From positions 1 to 32,546 of the forward strand of contig JARVJW010000085.1 in the NCBI GenBank assembly GCA_029775955.1: a stretch of 32,546 nucleotides of DNA, read 5' to 3'. Shown piece after piece: positions 29,302 through 32,546 of the stretch. This stretch comes from Nitrososphaeria archaeon (GTDB lineage: Archaea > Thermoproteota > Nitrososphaeria > Conexivisphaerales > UBA164). Numbering within the stretch: the first letter of the stretch is position 1; every line of letters begins with the position of its first letter. A model generated the notes under the pieces. It was not told the origin of the DNA and did no database searches. It was given only the letters and a program-made list of their open reading frames with translations. The position numbers were made by a program, and so were the translations under genes.

Positions 29302-29881
29302 GCCAATTGAGAGAAACTTCTACCTTAGAGAAACTATTGAAGTAGCTGAGGAGTTGCTGGGCCAGTTACTGGTTAGGGTAATTGACAAAAACTTAATGGC
29401 TGTTAGGATAACTGAGGTAGAGGCCTACAGAGGACTGTTGGACCCAGCAAGTCATGCGTACAGGGGGAAAGAGGGAAGGGCCAGAATTATGTTTGGAGAC
29501 GTGGGCTATGCTTATGTGTATCTTTCTTATGGCGTCCATTATTGCATTAATGTCGTAGCTAAATCAGAGGACCAGGAGGCTGGCGCAATTCTAATAAGGA
29601 GCGGGGAGCCGGTAATAGGGTACCAATTTATGAAATTGTTCCACGATAGAGAAAAATGTAAGATTTCAAGCGGGCCTGGAAATTTGACAAAGTCATTAAA
29701 TATAAATGCTTCATATAATGGATATGACCTGACTGCAGGTACTGAACTATATATTTCGCGAGGTTGGCTGAACAAAGGCGAAAAAATTGTCAGTAGCACA
29801 AGGGTTGGCATTTCAAGGGCCACTGACAAAAAATGGAGGTTTTTAATTGCCGGCAACTGCACTGTTTCCAAAAAACCCTGA
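29246..29881 (+). CDS. DNA-3-methyladenine glycosylase of the MPG/AAG family. The start is uncertain; the ORF overlaps the TatD-like gene by 56 nt if ATG 29246 is used.
   Basis: The sequence FYLRETIEVAEELLGQLLVR...ITEVEAYRGLLDPASHAYRGKEGRARIMFGDVGYAYVYLSYGVHYCINVV...AGAILIRSGEP is the characteristic MPG core. Confidence 0.85.
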   Translation: MKLPERLHLKTLRNITKFKPIERNFYLRETIEVAEELLGQLLVRVIDKNLMAVRITEVEAYRGLLDPASHAYRGKEGRARIMFGDVGYAYVYLSYGVHYCINVVAKSEDQEAGAILIRSGEPVIGYQFMKLFHDREKCKISSGPGNLTKSLNINASYNGYDLTAGTELYISRGWLNKGEKIVSSTRVGISRATDKKWRFLIAGNCTVSKKP

Positions 29882-30458
29882 GCTTTTTGCTAGTCAATAA
29901 AAGATTATAATAATATAGTGTTAACTACAGAAGTTCTGAACGTATTGCAGGCATCCAGAAAAAAACTTTGTGTGGATTGATAAATGCGTTACAATGCCGA
30001 ACAAGATGTACGATTATAATAAGCTCACAAGATTCTGAACGAGAAAAAAGGCCATTTATGAACTTGCATCCAAAACAGATGATTTACAGAACCAGATACA
30101 GCAGACGCAATAGTGCTTCATGGCTGATGCACATGCAATTCAGGCATTTGAAAAATATTTTTCGAGATGCTAATGAGGCCTAGAAAGCTGCAACTTAAAG
30201 AGCAATTATACAGTCGTCTTAAATAACAATAATGATGAATCAGTCAGTTAATATGGGCGGAAAAAACAACTTGTGCAGATTCCATTCAACGGCTCAGGCA
30301 GAGGAATAAATCAAATGCGTATTTTGCACGCAAATGGAACATCAAGCACAACTTTCATAATTGGAAATGTATGAAAACAGTAATAGGTTCCTGTAAAACA
30401 AATAGGGTAAAAACCAGGTTGGATAAGGGAATAAATTTCAATGCTTTAGCCTAACAGT

Positions 30459-30728
30459 TCACTTAAATTTAACCCTGTATACGGAACCGCACTTTTTACA
30501 CGTAAAAATAAGTTTTCCCTTCCTTACTCTTATTGTTTTACTATATATAGGCGGCGAATACGCCTTACACTTTTTACAAAAAAGCAATTTAAGTTCATAA
30601 GGCCGCTTTATCCTGAACTTCATTGTAATCCTATCGGCTAACGCTGCCTGCATTTCTGAAAGTTTGCTTGGCGAATCTCGATATGATTGCATTATTAGAA
30701 ATTTAACTGATTCAACTGCGGCTTTCAT
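30459..30728 (-). CDS. rnp4: RNase P protein component 4 (Rpp21/Rpr2 family)
   Basis: An 89-aa basic protein with a helical N-terminus and the Rpp21 zinc ribbon FCKKCKAY...RVRKGKLIFTCKKCG. Its start overlaps the sufC stop region by 17 nt. Confidence 0.75.
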   Translation of the reverse strand: MKAAVESVKFLIMQSYRDSPSKLSEMQAALADRITMKFRIKRPYELKLLFCKKCKAYSPPIYSKTIRVRKGKLIFTCKKCGSVYRVKFK

Positions 30729-31455
30729 TATTTATCCATCCATAGCCTTCCTTGTCTATTTTATCAGCCAATGTAGAATCTCCTTCAACAGCTATTTTGC
30801 CATTTACAAGTATATAAACCACATCTGGCTTAATATACCTTAAAATCCTTGAATAATGGGTTACAATTATAATTGTATTGCTGATTTTAGCATGTATTTT
30901 GTTAATTGCAGAAGCTATTAATTCAAGAGAATCAACATCAAGCCCTGAATCAATTTCATCAAGTATGGCGAACTTTGGCTGCAATACAGCCATCTGTATT
31001 ACTTCCATCTTCTTTTTTTCTCCCCCTGACAGGCCCTCATTAAGGTTCCTTGAAAGTAGCAAATCGTCAATCCCAAGTTCAGATAACTTCTGTTTTACTG
31101 TTCGGTTAAAAACATATGTGCTCAGGTTTTGGCCAGTTACTGTATTATATGCCGTTTTTAAAAATGAAAAACTTGGAACGCCAGGCACTTCTACAGGGTT
31201 TTGAAATGCCAAAAATATTCCCTTTTTTGCTCTCTGGTCTGGAGTAAGGCGGGTAATTTCTTCATTGTCCAAAAAGATTTTTCCGCCATTTATTTTGTAT
31301 TCCGGGTTTCCCATGATAGTAAAGCTTAAAGTGCTTTTGCCTGACCCGTTTGGCCCCATTATCGCATATATTTTCCCGTCATCAAACTTCACGTTAATAC
31401 CATTAAGTATTGTTTTATCATTTATGCCTGCTATAAGGTCATTTACACTCAACAA
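30712..31455 (-). CDS. sufC: Fe-S cluster assembly ATPase SufC. Probable TTG start at 31455; the ORF track extends to ATG 31566 through IS sequence.
   Basis: Walker A is MGPNGSGKST and the SufC-typical stretch is GIFLAFQNPVEVPGV. The signature is NEGLSGGEKKKMEVIQM, Walker B is AILDEIDSGLDVDSL, the H-loop is VTHYSRIL, and the C-terminus is KEGYGW. The 247-aa length from TTG 31455 fits the family. The extra 37 N-terminal codons are encoded by the IS right-end hairpin. Confidence 0.9.
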   Translation of the reverse strand: MLSVNDLIAGINDKTILNGINVKFDDGKIYAIMGPNGSGKSTLSFTIMGNPEYKINGGKIFLDNEEITRLTPDQRAKKGIFLAFQNPVEVPGVPSFSFLKTAYNTVTGQNLSTYVFNRTVKQKLSELGIDDLLLSRNLNEGLSGGEKKKMEVIQMAVLQPKFAILDEIDSGLDVDSLELIASAINKIHAKISNTIIIVTHYSRILRYIKPDVVYILVNGKIAVEGDSTLADKIDKEGYGWINNESRS

Positions 31456-31500
31456 TTTAACAATGCTATATTTATGTAAGTTAAAACCTTTCCTAAAAAA

Positions 31501-32546
31501 GTGAACTACCCCGCCCTTGCGGACGGGGCTTCTGCCACGCCCGCTTGTTTGGAGCTTCAACGGCAATGCTTGCTTTCACATGCGCTTTATGTATTCGAGC
31601 ATGCTAGAGGCATAATCCTCTGCGAGCGTCTCGCCTAGGTTCCCTAGGCAAAGCCCTTCTTGCTTATTTGCAGCACCTACATCCCTATCAAATACTGAAT
31701 GGCATGAAGGGCATACTACCATTCTATCTGATAGGTTCAGATGCTGCACTGTATCACAATTCATGCATACGCCAGTTGTTCTTATGAACCTGCCTACTTC
31801 CAAAGGAGTGCTTGCCTTTAGGCAATTGCGGAATCCTCCTATGGAAGTTTGGTATGTCTTCCTCCCGTAAAACTTTGACCAACTCTTATCATTTTGGTAA
31901 ACAACATATTCATAATTTGACGTCACATAATGTGCAAGTTTGTTATTTATGTCTTTCTTCTGATTGTCCTGGTGCAGAAATCCGCTTTTTATCTTTTGTA
32001 ATAACTTTGTACCTCTTTTTGACCTTTTGCCATATTGGGATCTTGCTTTGTAAAGCTTCTTTATCCTTTCGGGCATTGGCATAAAGTATTGCACCTTAAT
32101 TCCATTTGAGAATCTGGTTCTTTATGCCTAAGTCAATGCCTATTGCTCTGCCGTTATGCACTTTTTCTTCTTTTGGCAAGTATGCAACGACATGAAGTAA
32201 TCACCGTTCCTCTCTATAAAGTAGCAACCTCTGCGTTGCATGGCATTTGATCTATCCCGATTGCTTTGAAATCACCCAAGCCCTGTATATGCACTGTTTT
32301 ATCCTTTATTTTATAGGTTATGCCGTATTGCATTAGGGGTATTGAATGCAGCGCCTTCCTGTACCTTATCTTTCCAATTTTCTTTCCCTTTGCTTTCAAT
32401 AAGGCTTTTGTTGTTGCTCTGCAACCTTTTTATCAGGTATTGTTTCATCTGTGATGACAATACAATCAGCTCCCTTTCTTCGAATTTATCGCCAACCTTT
32501 ACCTTTTTGTCTTTATAAGAAACAGAATCTGTTATGCCTTTTGATA
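31501..32546 (-). mobile_element. tnpB: Family-A TnpB element, right-edge copy: right-end hairpin, frameshifted tnpB, running off the window end
   Basis: The right end is GAAGCCCCGTCCGCAAGGGCGGGGTAGTTCAC (rc of 31501-31532; 8-bp stem with a GCAA loop). Minus-strand frames give ..SVSYKDKKVKVGDKFEERELIVLSSQMKQYLIKRLQ.. / GKIRYRKALHSIPLMQYGITYKIKDKTVHIQGLGDFKAIGIDQ.. / ..NGRAIGIDLGIKNQ.. (RuvC-I) / the 172-aa ORF 31576-32094 with EYVVYQNDKSW (Gln where the RuvC-II Glu is expected), CMNC...CPSCHSVFDRDVGAAN. At least 3 frame changes are present. Confidence 0.75.

Noticed and set aside
30225-30300. Possible C/D-box sRNA (ATGATGA at about 30231)
   Set aside because: No properly spaced D box (CTGA), C'/D' boxes or terminal stem could be found within 50-70 nt.
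31456-31566. ATG 31566 as the sufC start (284-aa protein)
   Set aside because: The extra 37 residues are the translated IS right-end hairpin and flank. SufC proteins are about 245-250 aa, and TTG 31455 gives 247 aa starting LLSVNDL..., aligned with the family N-terminus.

Overview
Archaeal chromosomal segment, judged from the archaeal-type 16S/23S rRNA, an RNase P Rpp21 subunit and TATA-type promoters. Coding DNA is visibly AT-rich and the rRNA is GC-rich. I cannot place the lineage without a database search.

Intact host genes:
- ppdK
- an OsmC-like peroxiredoxin
- an NCS2 nucleobase permease
- a translationally coupled three-gene molybdopterin oxidoreductase operon (catalytic subunit without a Tat signal, 4x[4Fe-4S] subunit, NrfD-type anchor)
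- a ClC channel/antiporter with CBS domains
- a class II fumarase
- a 16S-23S-tRNA-Val operon
- a TatD-like hydrolase
- an MPG/AAG-type DNA glycosylase
- Rpp21
- SufC

By my own coordinates, roughly one third of the window is insertion-sequence debris:
- At least 11 TnpB-type (IS605/IS1341/IS607) copies or fragments from about 6 sequence families.
- Two ISC1058-like (IS5-family) DDE elements with recognisable terminal inverted repeats.
- Every tnpB copy I could read is interrupted by frameshifts or stops.
- No Y1 TnpA is present. The only recombinase trace is one decayed IS607-type serine recombinase.

I found no CRISPR array, no 5S rRNA, no recognisable defence genes and no convincing discrete new multi-gene system.

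The signals most worth a second look concern how IS right ends (hairpin plus putative omega-RNA region) have become part of host gene ends:
- The ClC ORF stops inside an IS hairpin.
- fumC is tightly bracketed and N-terminally shortened.
- Near-identical 450-bp right-end modules sit upstream of ppdK and of the Mo-enzyme operon.
- Dead elements were copied after they had been inactivated.
- The rRNA operon has an unusual 16S-23S-tRNA-Val layout.
- The OsmC-like gene carries an in-frame 21-bp duplication of its Cys motif.

All homology statements come from reading the translations by eye and need HMM/BLAST confirmation.
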